DNA from: Carcharhinus amblyrhynchos
Lineage: Eukaryota
Assembly (NCBI GenBank): GCA_965287045.1
Contig: OZ336876.1
Coordinates: 85,932,001 to 85,996,000, forward strand
Length of the DNA: 64,000 bases
Reading direction: 5' to 3'
A model generated the notes under the pieces. The model saw only the letters and a list, made by a program, of their open reading frames with translations. It ran no database searches and was not told the origin of the DNA. The translations under genes and the position numbers were made by a program. Below are positions 1-11,966 of this stretch, in pieces. Positions within the stretch are counted from its first letter, which is position 1; the number at the start of each line of letters is the position of its first letter.

Positions 1-770
1 TAAAAACAGAAGTGGTTTTGTTCATTTTTTTTAAAGCTTTCATTTTAATGACATTCCCAGCTTGATCCATTGGAGATTAGGAACCTTTGGAGGAAAACCA
101 GATGATTAATTTGTTTCTGGTTGCTTGGCAGGATTTGCAGCGAAATCCTTTGAGAAATTAAATGGAAAAAACACTGAATTTTATTGCAAAGCAATCTCAA
201 AGTCAAATAGTAATATTTAAGATTTTCATAATTTTCATCAGATCAAAAAAGATTTTCGATTGCATGCTTTTTTTTAATGATGTGGGCCAAATTTCCTCAG
301 TGAATAATTGTTTTCTTTTCTCGCTCATTAATTGAGACCAAGCTGTGTATTTGCCTTGATAAAATTGTCACTTCTTCATTTGAGCTGGCTAATGTTAGAA
401 GAAGCAGCAATGTAATAACACCCCTAACCTAACATTCAAGCATCATTAGACACGCAGATTTAAATCCATCTAAGTGAAATGCAGGGCATTTCTATTCCTA
501 GAAGTGTTTCACTGAAGGTAAAATTATTTTGCTGCAATAACATTTTCATCCTGTGGTTGTGTCGTACATTGGAAACAATGAGATGGGTTAGCTGCATAGG
601 ATATAAATTGTAACATGGTGTGTACCAGCCAGAATTTATTTTTACAGAGTGATAGGCTGAATATAATTGAAGAACAGGTTAAATCATAAATGTGATGAAG
701 TGCTAGTAATTTTCATTGTGGAAGTTCATTAAAAACTAACGTTGTTGGTGCTGTGAATGTTGATTTTCAG

Positions 771-852
771 ATTCTGTGAAATGGTGAACTCTATAACGGA
801 CGAGGTAGGAAAGAATGCAGAAGACGTAGACCTAGAGGGAGATGCGTTGGAG
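771..852 (+). CDS. MAP3K5: MAP3K5/ASK1 coding exon (82 nt), linker before the kinase domain
   Basis: ttttcag|ATTC...TTGGAG|gtaaga. Translates FCEMVNSITDEVGKNAEDVDLEGDALE, resembling ASK1 FFEMVNTITEEKGRSTEEGDCESDLLE. Phase 0 end fits the next exon. Confidence 0.9.
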
Positions 853-1799
853 GTAAGACAAAAAACTTCCTTCAGTAAAAATAAAAAATGCTGGAAATGT
901 TAATGTCACAGCAGCTGTGGAACGATTAATAGAGTTCGAGTTGAGGATCTATAACCTGAAAATGTTATTACGTTGTTTGCGCGGCAATGTAGTCTGTTCA
1001 CTTTCATGGAATCAGTGAGCACAAAAAGAGGCCACTTGCCCCATCATGCCCTGTTGCTTTTTTGAAAAATAGCAACCCCAAAAATCAGCAGGAGGATGTG
1101 GGCGAAAGCAATTGAAAAACCAAAGCCAGAGGCGTGAAGCTAAATTTAAATTCATCAACAGCCTGTAGCTCTGCCTCCTGCCTGACCGGATACACAGCCT
1201 GGTCAAAAGGTGAGAGGAGGAGGCCCCCAGTAACAGTAAGGTGCAACGAGTGACCTTTGGGGACAAGCATTGGCAATTGGGAGAGCATGGGTGGCCGGTA
1301 ATTTGGAGGATTCAAGAGGCTTAAGTTTTTAGAGAGCTGGAGAGGAACAGAAGATTGGGGTGGAAGGTTGAGTGAAGCTAGCAATTGAGAGGGCTGGAGG
1401 AGAGGTTGGAGATTGAGGCATGGCAAGGAGGCAGAAAACTTCTACTGAGGGGTCTGGGGTAAGTACTCCTGCTTTTCCTGACCCACAAGAAATGATGAAA
1501 CAGGCATTTGGCCTAGAAAGTTTGCAGCTCTGTCTCCGTTTCACTGCTGAATTTCCTAATCTTTATAAAATGCACGCAGCACCAACTAGTTTGAAACCAG
1601 TCTCCCTATTGGGGCTCTATTTAAATATGTCAGTGGTTACCTCGCATTTTCATAGTGGAACAATTAGATGCCAGAGTGAGATTGTATTCTGCCCTTCATG
1701 AGGAGGTTTTAATATCATAGAATTATTCCCACTCCCCCATTTTTCTCACCTAATTTATCTTTCTTCAGTCTCATTTCCATATTTTCTGTTGTAGAGCCA

Positions 1800-2372
1800 A
1801 CCTCTTCACACAAAAACACCATTTGTTGGATTTAATTGGCCTCAACTCATCTTTTACTAAAGTCCTACTACCTCCAGATGCTGTTGATCAAATGCACTCC
1901 TGGCTGGTCTCCCACATCTTTTTGTCTCCAAATAGTTGATGTCATCCAAACCTCTGCTGTCTATTTTCTTAGCTCACACTAAGTCACGCTCACTTTTCAC
2001 CTATTTCTCACTGACCAATATTAGCTAACTTTGGAGCAATGTCTTGATATTAAAATTTCCATCCCTTTTTTCAAATCTCTTCAAGGGCTAGTCCCTCCCT
2101 ATCTCCATAATCTCCTCTGCAATATCTGCACTCATCTGATTCTGGCCTTTTGAGAGTTGCTGATTTTAATTGTTCCACTTTTAACTGTGCCTTGGGTTGC
2201 CCAGGCCTGAACCTCTGGACTTTCCTGCTCACCCCTCTCTACCTCACTTTCCTCCTTTAAGACATTTCAAATCTCTTTGACAAGGCTTTTGTTCACCTCA
2301 CCTAACATCTTACGTGGCTTAGTGTCATATTTGATTTTTATAATGTTTCTGTGAAGCATGTTGGTCATTCTG
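1800..2372 (+). mobile_element. Old L2-like LINE 3' remnant
   Basis: ccctccctatctccataatctcctc…cctcctttaagaca…ctctttgacaaggcttttg…tctgtgaagc. Similar remnants at 33690-34350 (+), 1085-1480 (-) and 60530-60880 (-). Confidence 0.65.
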
Positions 2373-2373
2373 T

Positions 2374-2656
2374 TAGTGGCACAGTAGTTAGCACTGCTGC
2401 TCACAGCGCCAGGGATCTGAGTTCAATTCCCAGCTTTGGTCATGATCTTTGAAGTTTGCATGTTCTCCCCGTGTCTGCATGGGTTTTCTCTGGATGCTCC
2501 AGTTTCCTCCCACAGTCCGAAAGACGAGCTGATTAGATGTGTTGGCCGTGCTAACTTCTACTCGAACAGGCGCCGTAGTGCGACTAGGTAATTTTCACAG
2601 TAACTTCATTGCAGTGATAAAGTAAGCCTACTTGTGATTAATAAATAAACTTTAAA
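2374..2656 (+). mobile_element. HE1-like tRNA-derived SINE, tail type B (…ctacttgtga..aataaataaacttta)
   Basis: A/B-box head gtggcacagtagttagc…gttcaattccc and central gggttttctctggatgctccagtttcctcccacagtcc domain. Confidence 0.88.
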
Positions 2657-3063
2657 GGCACTATTTAAATATGCTGTTGTTTCCTTTTAAGATTAAATCC
2701 CACAAATTGGGTTTAATTGAGTAACTAGACTTTAAAGAGGGTTAATTTTGGGAATTACAAGACAATATTAAGTTAAATATACAATACAAGATTTTAAAGA
2801 TTTTGGTCAGGTCAGCTCCAACTGGTTTGACAATGCAAGTGTATTACTATGTGACAGAAAGAGGGATTAGATCCATGGCTGATACTCACTCTGGCCTTTA
2901 AATCTTGTATTTTTCAAATTAATTTAATTCTCATTGTCTCAATTTTTGGGCATTTTCTGAAAATTATGTCCTTTGCTTTTGTCACTTTTGTCTGTGCATT
3001 ATTCTTACTGACTGGTACATGTAACTTAAGTAAGAAAATGCTCTTTCTCTCCCAATTTTGTTT

Positions 3064-4063
3064 GAACATAGAACATAGAACACTACAGCACAAACAGGCC
3101 CTTCGGCCCACAAGTTGCGCCGATCACATCACCTACCAACCTACAGACCTATCTATAACCCTCAATCTCATTAAACCCCATATACTCATCCAGAAGTCTT
3201 TTAAAAGACCCCAGCGAGTTCGCCTCCACCACCACTGACGGCAGCCGATTCCATTCACTCACCACCCTCTGAGTGAAAAACTTACCCCTAACATCACTTC
3301 TGAACCTCCCTCCCCGCACCTTAAATCTGTGTCCTCTCGTAGCGACCATTTCAAACCGGGGAAATAGCCTCTGAGAGTCCACCCTATCTATTCCTCTCAA
3401 CATTTTGTAAACTTCTATCAGGTCGCCTCTCAACCTTCGTCTCTCCAGGGAAAAGAGTCCCAGCTCCCTCAACCTAACTTCATAAGGCATGCCTCCCAGT
3501 CCAGGCAACATCCTTGTAAATCTCCTCTGCACCCTTTCAATAGATTCTACATCTTTCCTATAGTGAGGCGACCAGAACTGCGCACAATACTCCAAATGAG
3601 GCCTGACAAGGGTCTTATAAAGTTCCAGCATTACCTCCCGACTCCTAAACTCAATCCCTCGATTAATGAAGGCCAGTACACCATACGCCTTCTTGACCAC
3701 CTCCTCCACCTGCGAGGCCGATTTAAGAGTCCTGTGGACCCGGACCCCAAGATCCTTCTGCTCCTCAACACTACTCAGACTTCTGCCCTTGATAGTGTAC
3801 TCGTTCATCCCGTTGGTTCTGCCAAAATGGACGACTACACATTTATCCGCGTTGAAGTCCATCTGCCACTTCTCCGCCCAGTCCTGCATCCTATCTATGT
3901 CCTGCTGCAACTTTTGCCATCCTTCCAGATCATCCACAACACCACCGACCTTCGTGTCATCAGCGAACTTACTTACCCATCCCTCCACTTCCTCATCCAG
4001 GTCATTTATGAAAATGACAAACAACAAGGGTCCCAGAACAGATCCTTGAGGCACTCCGCTGGT
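3064..4063 (-). mobile_element. CR1/HER1-like LINE, 5'-truncated, young
   Basis: Uninterrupted 301-aa RT C-terminus (PQGSVLGP, FADD, RPHLEYC) and a (GTTCTAT)n 3' tail. Confidence 0.95.
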
Positions 4064-4574
4064 TCAAACAAAGCAATGACTCTTCTCACACATTGTTATA
4101 ATTTATTCAATCTCTGTGCAACTCGCACTGGACTTGAACTTGATCTTCATTTTCCAAATATGCTGTCAATAATTGATATATCAGTGCCATTTAACCACCA
4201 TTAGTGGTGTCTTCCATATCTTGTACATGAATAACCATTTTTCTTTCAAATGGGGGAGTTCAAAAATTCAGTGTCTAACAAAGCAAAGTCATGTAGCTGA
4301 AGTGATGCAAATTGATGCAGTCCGAATCGTGGTTTCATGAGGCTGGATTTATTCCAAAACTTGATTTCACATATTACTGTAAATTGCCTGAATTGTATCT
4401 TTTTGGATAAGCGTAGCAAAGAGCACACACATGTCTGGAGTTGGATTTCAAACTAACCTGGATGTTAGCCAGCATGAACTGAGGTTGAGTTCATTCAGAA
4501 AGTATCTTTCTCTTTTCCAAGTAATGGCTGGAACAGAATTTTAAATATATTGAGAATTAATTCCACATCTTGTT

Positions 4575-4856
4575 TAAAGTTATTTATTTATTAGTGTCAC
4601 AAGTCGGCTTACATTAATACTGCAATGAAGTTACTGTGAAAATCCCCTAGTCGCTGCACTCTGGCATCTGCCCAAGTACACTGAGGGAGAATTTAGCATG
4701 GCCAGTTCACCTAACCAGCACGTCTTTCGGACTGTGGGAGGAAACCGGAGTGCTTGGAGGAAACCCACATAAACACAGGGAGAACGTGCAGACTCCGCAC
4801 AGACAGTGACCCAAGGCTGGAATTGAACTATGAGGCAGCAGTGCTAACCACTGTGC
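4575..4856 (-). mobile_element. HE1-like SINE, tail B
   Basis: Reverse complement of the 2374-2656 family. Confidence 0.88.
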
Positions 4857-5801
4857 ATCTTGTCTCTGAGTGTCTGATGACTGGGCGGCCCTGGAGGGTG
4901 TAATCTCTTGCCAGTACTATTGACCTCCCCATTGAACTTTGTAGTTAGAGCATTATATTTTGTTTTGGAGTTTGTTTTATTATTTCTATAGGGTTTTGTT
5001 GCAGGACCTTCAGTGGAAAGATGTTGAGCCCTTTGCAGCCCTGCACATTATGTACTCTTGATGATATCTCTAATTTGTTATCCTATTGTTTGAGTTTAAC
5101 ATGAGGATTGCAACTTGTGATGACAGCTTGTGTTGGTAATTTGAAAATTAATTCATGGATATTTAGGCTAAAACATTTGTTTGAGAACCTTTGTCTTCTT
5201 GCTGCAACTCCCTTTTTAATCAATGGGTTTTCATCAACTGGTCGTGGAATTTATAAATGTGTTCTTTCGCCTTTAGTTTGGTCTAACTCTCTTTCTGACA
5301 TGTGAGGATAGTGCTCTTTCTTTTAGTTGATTAGTTCTCTTATGTGTTTGTTGACATGCTGTGGTTTTTTGGTGATGGGTTGTGATTTGGAATATGAAAA
5401 AACAGTATTTTTAGTATTTATCCAAAGCACTATTTCGGCAAATATCTTTTGAAAAAAGGGTAAAGTGAAAATGAGATGTCTGAAGAGGGAAAAATTAGTT
5501 GGATAGGCATTTGTGATAATTGCCATCAAAGAAGTTAAGCATAGTAGGCAAAGACTTAAAATATGTTATTGGCCATTCCACAGCTTTCTGACAGCTTAGG
5601 TAAGATTATTATGCTCTCTTCTGACTCTCTTCCATTTAATCTTTTTCTGGTACTCTCAAGAATTAAAAATGGCCTTTTTTTTCCACCTGGTGCTTTTTTC
5701 CATTATTTTTAACACTTGTGTTATAATTTTCCAATCTAATACCAGGCAGTATTCTAGTGAATTGTGCCTCTCTAAAGTCTCTCCATCTATATCCATCCTG
5801 A

Positions 5802-6073
5802 GGTGGCATGGTAGCACAGTATTTAGCACTGTTGCATCACCGTGCCAGGGACCCAGGTTCGATTCCCATCACTGTCTGTGTGGAGTTTGTATGTTTTCCC
5901 TGTGTCTGCGTGGGTTTCCTCCGGGTGCTCTGGTTTCCTCCCACATTCTGGAAGACATGCTGGTTAGGTGTGTTGACCCGAACAGGCGCCAGACTGTGGT
6001 GACTAGGAGAATTTCACAGTAGCTTCACTGTAGTGTTAATGTAAGCCTTATTTGTGACTAAAATAAATTTTAA
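5802..6073 (+). mobile_element. HE1-like SINE, tail B
   Basis: Same head, core and tail as 2374-2656. Confidence 0.88.
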
Positions 6074-6999
6074 GTTTGTATTATGGAGCTCAGTACTGTA
6101 CCAATACTGAGATCATACTGTTGAATATATTGTTACTTTTTATTTTCTCCATCTCTGTGATAAAACCGAGAGTGGGATTTTCCTTTTGTTCCCTGCCATT
6201 GAGATCTTCCAGTCCTGCCGAAAATTGGTGGACGTTTGACTGGGACACCGAATCTCCTATGGCAGGTGCCACAGCTTCTGGGCTGGAAAATTTCAGCCCT
6301 AGCTGCTTGCCATCTCCTCAGCCTGAGGTGTTGTTATAAAGTCCTGTGAATATATATACTGTCATCTTTCTGCGATCTCACAAAACCAAGCTTACTTTCA
6401 TTTTCAATAGAATTGCTGCTGTTAAAATGTTTTCACCAAAATGAACCGCCTCACTCATATTGATTTCCATCAGTCACTTTTCGCCCCTTCCTCTATCTGC
6501 TCGATTTGCATTTTCAGGTTCCTTTGACCTATTAAAATATTGAAATTATTCCTCTTTTGGTGTCCTAATTAAATTTTGATATCAGCTCCTCTAGGTCTAA
6601 ATTCAAATAATTTATGCATGCTATGAATCGAAATGGCCCCTTTCAGTCACTCTGGAGGGGGGAGGAGAACACTCTGGACACCTACTATGCCCATCTAATC
6701 AATAATTTTCTTTATCCTACACTACAACAGGAATGTTTTGTACATTATAACAGTGACTACACTTCAGAAATACTTCATTGGCTGTAAAGTACTTTGAGAC
6801 CTCTGGTGGTCATGAAAAATGCTAGTTTAATGCATGGCTTTCTTTCTTATCTACTTCACTATTCTACCACTTAATGTTATCTTATCATTTTTTTCTGTGG
6901 GTTGACCAGTTCTCTGCATTTTGGTACACAGTCTGCTGTGCAAACGTTTCACGCTTTGCACTGGATGTCCAATCAGGAAATGCCAAAAAAAGTTCAAAA

Positions 7000-7303
7000 A
7001 TCATAGAATCCCTATGGTGCAGAAGGAGGCCGTTCGGCCCATCGTGTCTGCTCCAACAACAATCCCACCCAAGCCTTATCCCCTTAACCCCGTACGTTTA
7101 TCCTGCTAATTCCCCCAACACTAGGGGCAATCCACCCAACCAATATATCTTTGAACAATGGGGGAAAACTGGAGCACCGGAAGAAACCCATGCAGGCACG
7201 AAGAGAATGTGAAAACTCCACAGACAGTTGCCCGAGATCGCACTTGAACCCAGGTCCCTGGTGCTGTGAGGCAGAGGTGCTAACTACTGTGCCATTGTGC
7301 CAC
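7000..7303 (-). mobile_element. HE1-like SINE, tail A (CR1-type gattctat tail)
   Basis: tcatagaatccctatggtgcagaaggaggccgttcggcccatcg…gtgctaactactgtgcc. Confidence 0.88.
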
Positions 7304-7821
7304 TTCAATACAATGTATTTTTCTTTTGTGAAATTAGGAGGAGTGAGTGTTGGCTCCAGATTGGCTTTGTGAGCTGCGGCTAACTATCCCCGCACCTCCT
7401 CATGCATTGTCACCATGGCCGATCCTCCTCCAAGTACATTCCTTTGTCTCTCTGCTGGCATCTTAAATGGCTGATTGTTCCTGAAGCTGTGAGCTGCCAG
7501 CTGCTTCAAGACTTTGGTTTAGCATTCTTAGCTCACCTGCACAGCTGAGGCCAATGCATCGAAATCATAATCGCCCCCTCTTGTACACAAAAACTGTGTG
7601 TAGGCAGATAATATGAGAACAAGTTACTTAGCCTGAAAACAATTTTGGATCACAGCATGCGGAGATCCAACTGATCTAGGATTTGGCAGCCGCTGCTTTC
7701 TCTGTGACAGGATAGTGGAGCATGTGGAATGGGCTGCCAGCCAGCACAGTCTGCAAATCAAAACCCAAATATCAAAACTGTCCTCAGTAAATGTGCTCAT
7801 CATTAAGTTGCAACATGGAGT

Positions 7822-8104
7822 TAAAATTGATTTTATTAGTGACAAGAAGGCTTACATTACATCGCAATGAAGTTGCCGTGAAAATCCCCAAGTCGCCACG
7901 CACAGGCACCTGTTCCTGTACACTGATGGAGAATTTAGCGTGGCCAATGCACCTAACCAGCACATCTTTAGGACTGTGGGAAGAAAACAGAGCAGCTGGA
8001 GGAAATCCACGCAGACAGAGAACCTGCAGGTTCAGCACAGTGACCCAAGCCAGGAATCGAACTCGGGTCCCTGGCGTTGTGAGACAGCAGTGCTGAGCAC
8101 TGTG
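7822..8104 (-). mobile_element. HE1-like SINE, tail B
   Basis: Matches the family by eye. Confidence 0.85.
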
Positions 8105-8302
8105 GATTTTTGTTGCTTGAAATGTTTACTGGTGTTTTCCCATGGTGAACAATGGACATGGTATAAAGAATGGATTTAATTATACATCAAATTTATTCAT
8201 GTTTAGATTTATTAATCTGCAAAGGAAATATAAAAACCCAAAGAGTAAAGTAAAATCAGTATAAATTGCTTACTTTTCTTTTTTCCATTTTGTGTTTTGC
8301 AG

Positions 8303-8436
8303 TATGATTATGAATATGATGAGAACGGAGAAAAGGTTGTATTGGGTAAAGGAACATTTGGAATGGTCTATGCAGGTAGAGACCTTAGCAATCAGGTCAG
8401 AATTGCTATCAAAGAGATCCCAGAAAGGGACAGCAG
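8303..8436 (+). CDS. MAP3K5: MAP3K5 exon (134 nt), kinase subdomains I-II; GC donor
   Basis: ttttgcag|TATGAT...GACAGCAG|gcaagt. [45 protein letters not shown] contains the Gly-rich loop and the catalytic Lys. Confidence 0.95.
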
Positions 8437-8611
8437 GCAAGTAACTGTGAATACCTTGAGAAAGCAAACAATTGTCCATGCAAATTGCATGTAATGTGAT
8501 ATCAGACTTCCTTTCAAGCTTGGAAGCTTTAGGTTGCAGCATGCAGAATCCAAAACATCTAGCTCTTGGTAACCACTGTTTTTGTTTGTGACAATGGATT
8601 TGCTGAGTAGT

Positions 8612-8950
8612 GTCATAGAATCCCACAACACAGAACAAGGGTATTTAGCCCATCAAGTCTGCACTGATTCTCCAGCAGAGCATCCCGCTTAGACCTACCT
8701 CCGTAACCCCATAAATTTACCCCACTTATCCCCCTGGCCTACACATCTTCGGATACTAAGGGGCATTTTGGCAAGGCCAATGCACCTAACCTGCATATCT
8801 TTGGACTGTGGGAGGAAGCCAAAGCATCTGGAGGAAACCCGCGCACACACGGGGAGAATGTGCAAACTCAACACAAATAGTTACCAAGGCTGGAATCGAA
8901 CTCGGATCCCTGGCGCTGTGAGGCAGTGGTGCTAACCACTGTGCCGCCCC
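8612..8950 (-). mobile_element. HE1-like SINE, tail A
   Basis: Matches the family by eye. Confidence 0.85.
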
Positions 8951-9576
8951 TTCATTAACAGCAAGACCTGAGAATGAAAGCACTGACTCTTAATAACAAA
9001 AACTGAGGTACTGAAGGTTGCCGTGGTTTCCAAATCTCCCCAGATTGATGGGACGGAGACTCCCTTTGTTTGCTGGCTGTGAGAGTCATGCAGGAAATGT
9101 GTTTGGGCAGTTACTCTGATGGACATTGGTAAAGGTTCTCAGATACTTAGTGCTTGGATGATAAGCATTTTCTTTCTCAGTACAAAACAGATATTTGGGA
9201 AGGAAGGGACCCGGGATCAGGGCCCACCTGTTTTCACTTTCTGTTAATTTAAATGAATATTAAAATAAGCAGACACCTTTAGGGTGGAGTAGCTAGTCCA
9301 CTGCACCCAGATTTTCTTTCTGTGCTGATCTGGTTGAAACTTTCCACCCAACTATTGGTATTTCATTTTTGGACAGAGCAACAAGAACTAAACTGTGTAT
9401 TTAACAATGCTAAGGATGCTGACAATGATTTATCAACAGTGCTGCCAGTTATTCCGTGATGATGCTGATTCAGAATGAAAGCAAGGGAGTTATCTATTTA
9501 GTGCTTTTGGCAATATTAGGATGTCTCAAAGCACTTTATACCCAATTAAGTACTTTCCAAATATAATAATTGGCAC

Positions 9577-10500
9577 ATAGATGATCTGGAGGAGGGGGCT
9601 GAGTGTAGGGTAACGAAATTTGCTGATGACATGAAGATGAGTGGAAAAGCAAATTGTGTGGAGGGTGTGGAAAGTCTGCAGAGGGATCTGGATAGGCTGA
9701 GCGAGTGGGCGAGGACCTGGCAGATGGAGTACAATGTTAGCAAGTGTGAGGTTATCCACTTTGGCAGAAATAATAGTAGGAGGGGTTATTATTTAAATGG
9801 TGAAAAGCTGCAGCATGCTACGGTGCAGAGGGACCTGGGGGTCCTTGTGCACAAATCGCAAAAACCCAGTCTGCAGGTGCAGCAGGTGATCAAGAAGGCG
9901 AATGGAATGTTGGCCTTTATAGCGAGGGGGATAGAATATAAAAGCAGGGAGGTCTTGCTGCAACTGTACAGGGCACTGGTGAAGCCGCAGCTGGAGTACT
10001 GTGTGCAGTTTTGGTCGCTGCACTTGCGGAAGGATATATTGGCCTTGGAGGGAGTGCAGAGAAGGTTCACTAGGCTGATACCGGAGATGAGGTGGTTAGC
10101 CTATGAAGAGAGACTAAATAGGCTGGGTCTGTACTCATTAGGGTTTAGAAGGCTGAGGGGGGATCTTATAGAGACATATATGATAATGAAGGGGATAGAT
10201 AGGGTAGAGGTAGAGAGATTCTTCCTGCTTAGAAAGGATAGCAGGACTTGAGGGCACAGCCTCAAAAGAGGGGGAGGGGGCAGTTTAGAGGAACTTCTTC
10301 ACTCAAAGGGTGGTGAATCTCTGGAATTCTCTGCCTGTTGAAGTGGTGGAGGCTACCTTGCTGAATATATTTAAGTCACGGGTAGATAGGTTTCTGATAG
10401 ACAAGGGAATTAAGGGTTGTGGGGAGAAAGTGGAGCTGATCCCCTTCAGATCAGCCATGATCTTATTGAATGGCGGGGCAGGCTCGAAGGGCTAGATGGC
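9577..10500 (+). mobile_element. CR1 LINE fragment
   Basis: RT C-terminal ORF 9631-10251 plus CR1 3' UTR. Confidence 0.93.
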
Positions 10501-11089
10501 TTTAATTTAACGCCTCTTTGAAAGATGGCATTTCTGAGTGTGCTGCACTCCCTCAGCACTGCACTGAAGCATTGGTCCTAGATTATGTGCTCAAGCCTCT
10601 GGAGTGAGACTGAACCCATGGCTTTCTGATGCCAAGGTCCAGCATGCTGAAATCAGAGAGGATTTAACTGAGAGCTTCAGGAACCTGAAATCAGGATGAG
10701 AAACAGGACCAGCTCCACTATTTTCCTGGGGATGGCCTCCTAATTGGCTGCCTCCCAGCTTGCTGTCCAATTAAAGACCATGGATGGGCTCTCAATACAT
10801 TGAGCCTGTCACATGGCTGGCAGCTATAAAGAAAGTGGGTGGCACTGCACCATCTGGAAAGGGAGGCACTGCTGCGACACCTCAAAGGTGAGAAGTAAGG
10901 AGAAAGTTAGGCCTAAAACCCCACGGGGCAGTGGGGATGGTCTTCCCTACCCATGACCATGGAGATGGAGGCTTCATGGCCCAACGAGGGGCATGCACAC
11001 GGTGGGTCGTGCGTGGGCTACTCTTGGAGGTTCCAGGAGTGGCCTAGTACTTCGTGTCGGTGTGTGTGCTTGATCCTGGACCAGTAGAA

Positions 11090-11402
11090 GGGCGCCGCAA
11101 CAGCTCAGTGACTAGCACTGCTAGCTGTGCAGATGCATGGATTTGGGCCTGTGTCTGTGGGAGTTTGTGCATTCTCCCTGTGGTTGTGTGGGTTTCCTCC
11201 GGGCGCTCCGGTTTCCTCCCACACCCCAAAGATGTGCTCTTAGGCTGATTGGTTTTACCAAATTGACACTATTCTCCCCTGAATCTGGCTAAGTCAGGGG
11301 TTCTATTCGTAGACACGCAGGGTAGAATAGGTGTAGGGTGATGCGGCGGCGCGGGCTTGTTGGGCCGAAGGGCCTGTTTCCCGTGCTGGGTTGTTCTTTG
11401 TT
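11090..11402 (+). mobile_element. Divergent HE1/V-type SINE with a third tail type
   Basis: Core gtgggtttcctccgggcgctccggtttcctcccacaccccaaaga; tail gggccgaagggcctgtttcccgtgctgggttgttctttgtt. Confidence 0.75.
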
Positions 11403-11838
11403 AACAGTCTCCCACAGCTGTCCAAGGAAAGGACTTTAATTATTTAAATGAGTTGCCTGCATCTGTGTGGCGAGCACTTGTTCTATGTGCAAACCCACTG
11501 CTAGGAGACTTCTTTGGAACTATCCCATCAAGGCTCCCTTGCACTTTTTACCTGATCCCCCGGCCTTCCACCTGGAGGTAGGGAAATGCTGCGCCTTGAC
11601 TCAGTACTAGCACAAAGTGATAAAGTATTACTTAAAGATCTCCACACTATTGATGGCCAAGAAGATTTAATAAATTCCTAAATCAGTGAAAGGGTATTTT
11701 TAACTAAAGAAAAATCCTTGGATCATGTGTACATTTTTCTACCCCAGCCTATTTTATGAAACACTTTAAAATGAGGTGAAAAATGTTCATTTATGATTCC
11801 TGTTTTTAAGCGGTTGTGTTTCTGTCAATGTTCTGTAG

Positions 11839-11966
11839 GTATTCCCAACCTCTCCATGAAGAAATTGCGCTTCACAAGCACCTCAAGCACAAGAACATTG
11901 TACAATATCTGGGCTCTATCAGTGAAAATGGTTTCATTAAGATATTTATGGAGCAGGTTCCTGGAG
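11839..11966 (+). CDS. MAP3K5: MAP3K5 exon (128 nt), kinase subdomains III-V
   Basis: ctgtag|GTATTC...CTGGAG|gtatgt. [42 protein letters not shown]. Confidence 0.96.

Noticed and set aside
690-770. Box C-like GTGATGA upstream of the first exon (possible C/D snoRNA)
   Set aside because: No box D (CTGA) or terminal stem at a suitable distance before the acceptor.
2374-2440. tRNA-like sequences at SINE heads
   Set aside because: A/B boxes are present but there is no complete cloverleaf, and each is followed by a SINE body.
3563-4204. 213-aa plus-strand ORF and similar ORFs such as 3666-4049, 9789-10070, 40792-41034 and 62204-62476
   Set aside because: Antisense shadows of CR1 RT coding sequence that recur with every copy; not independent genes.
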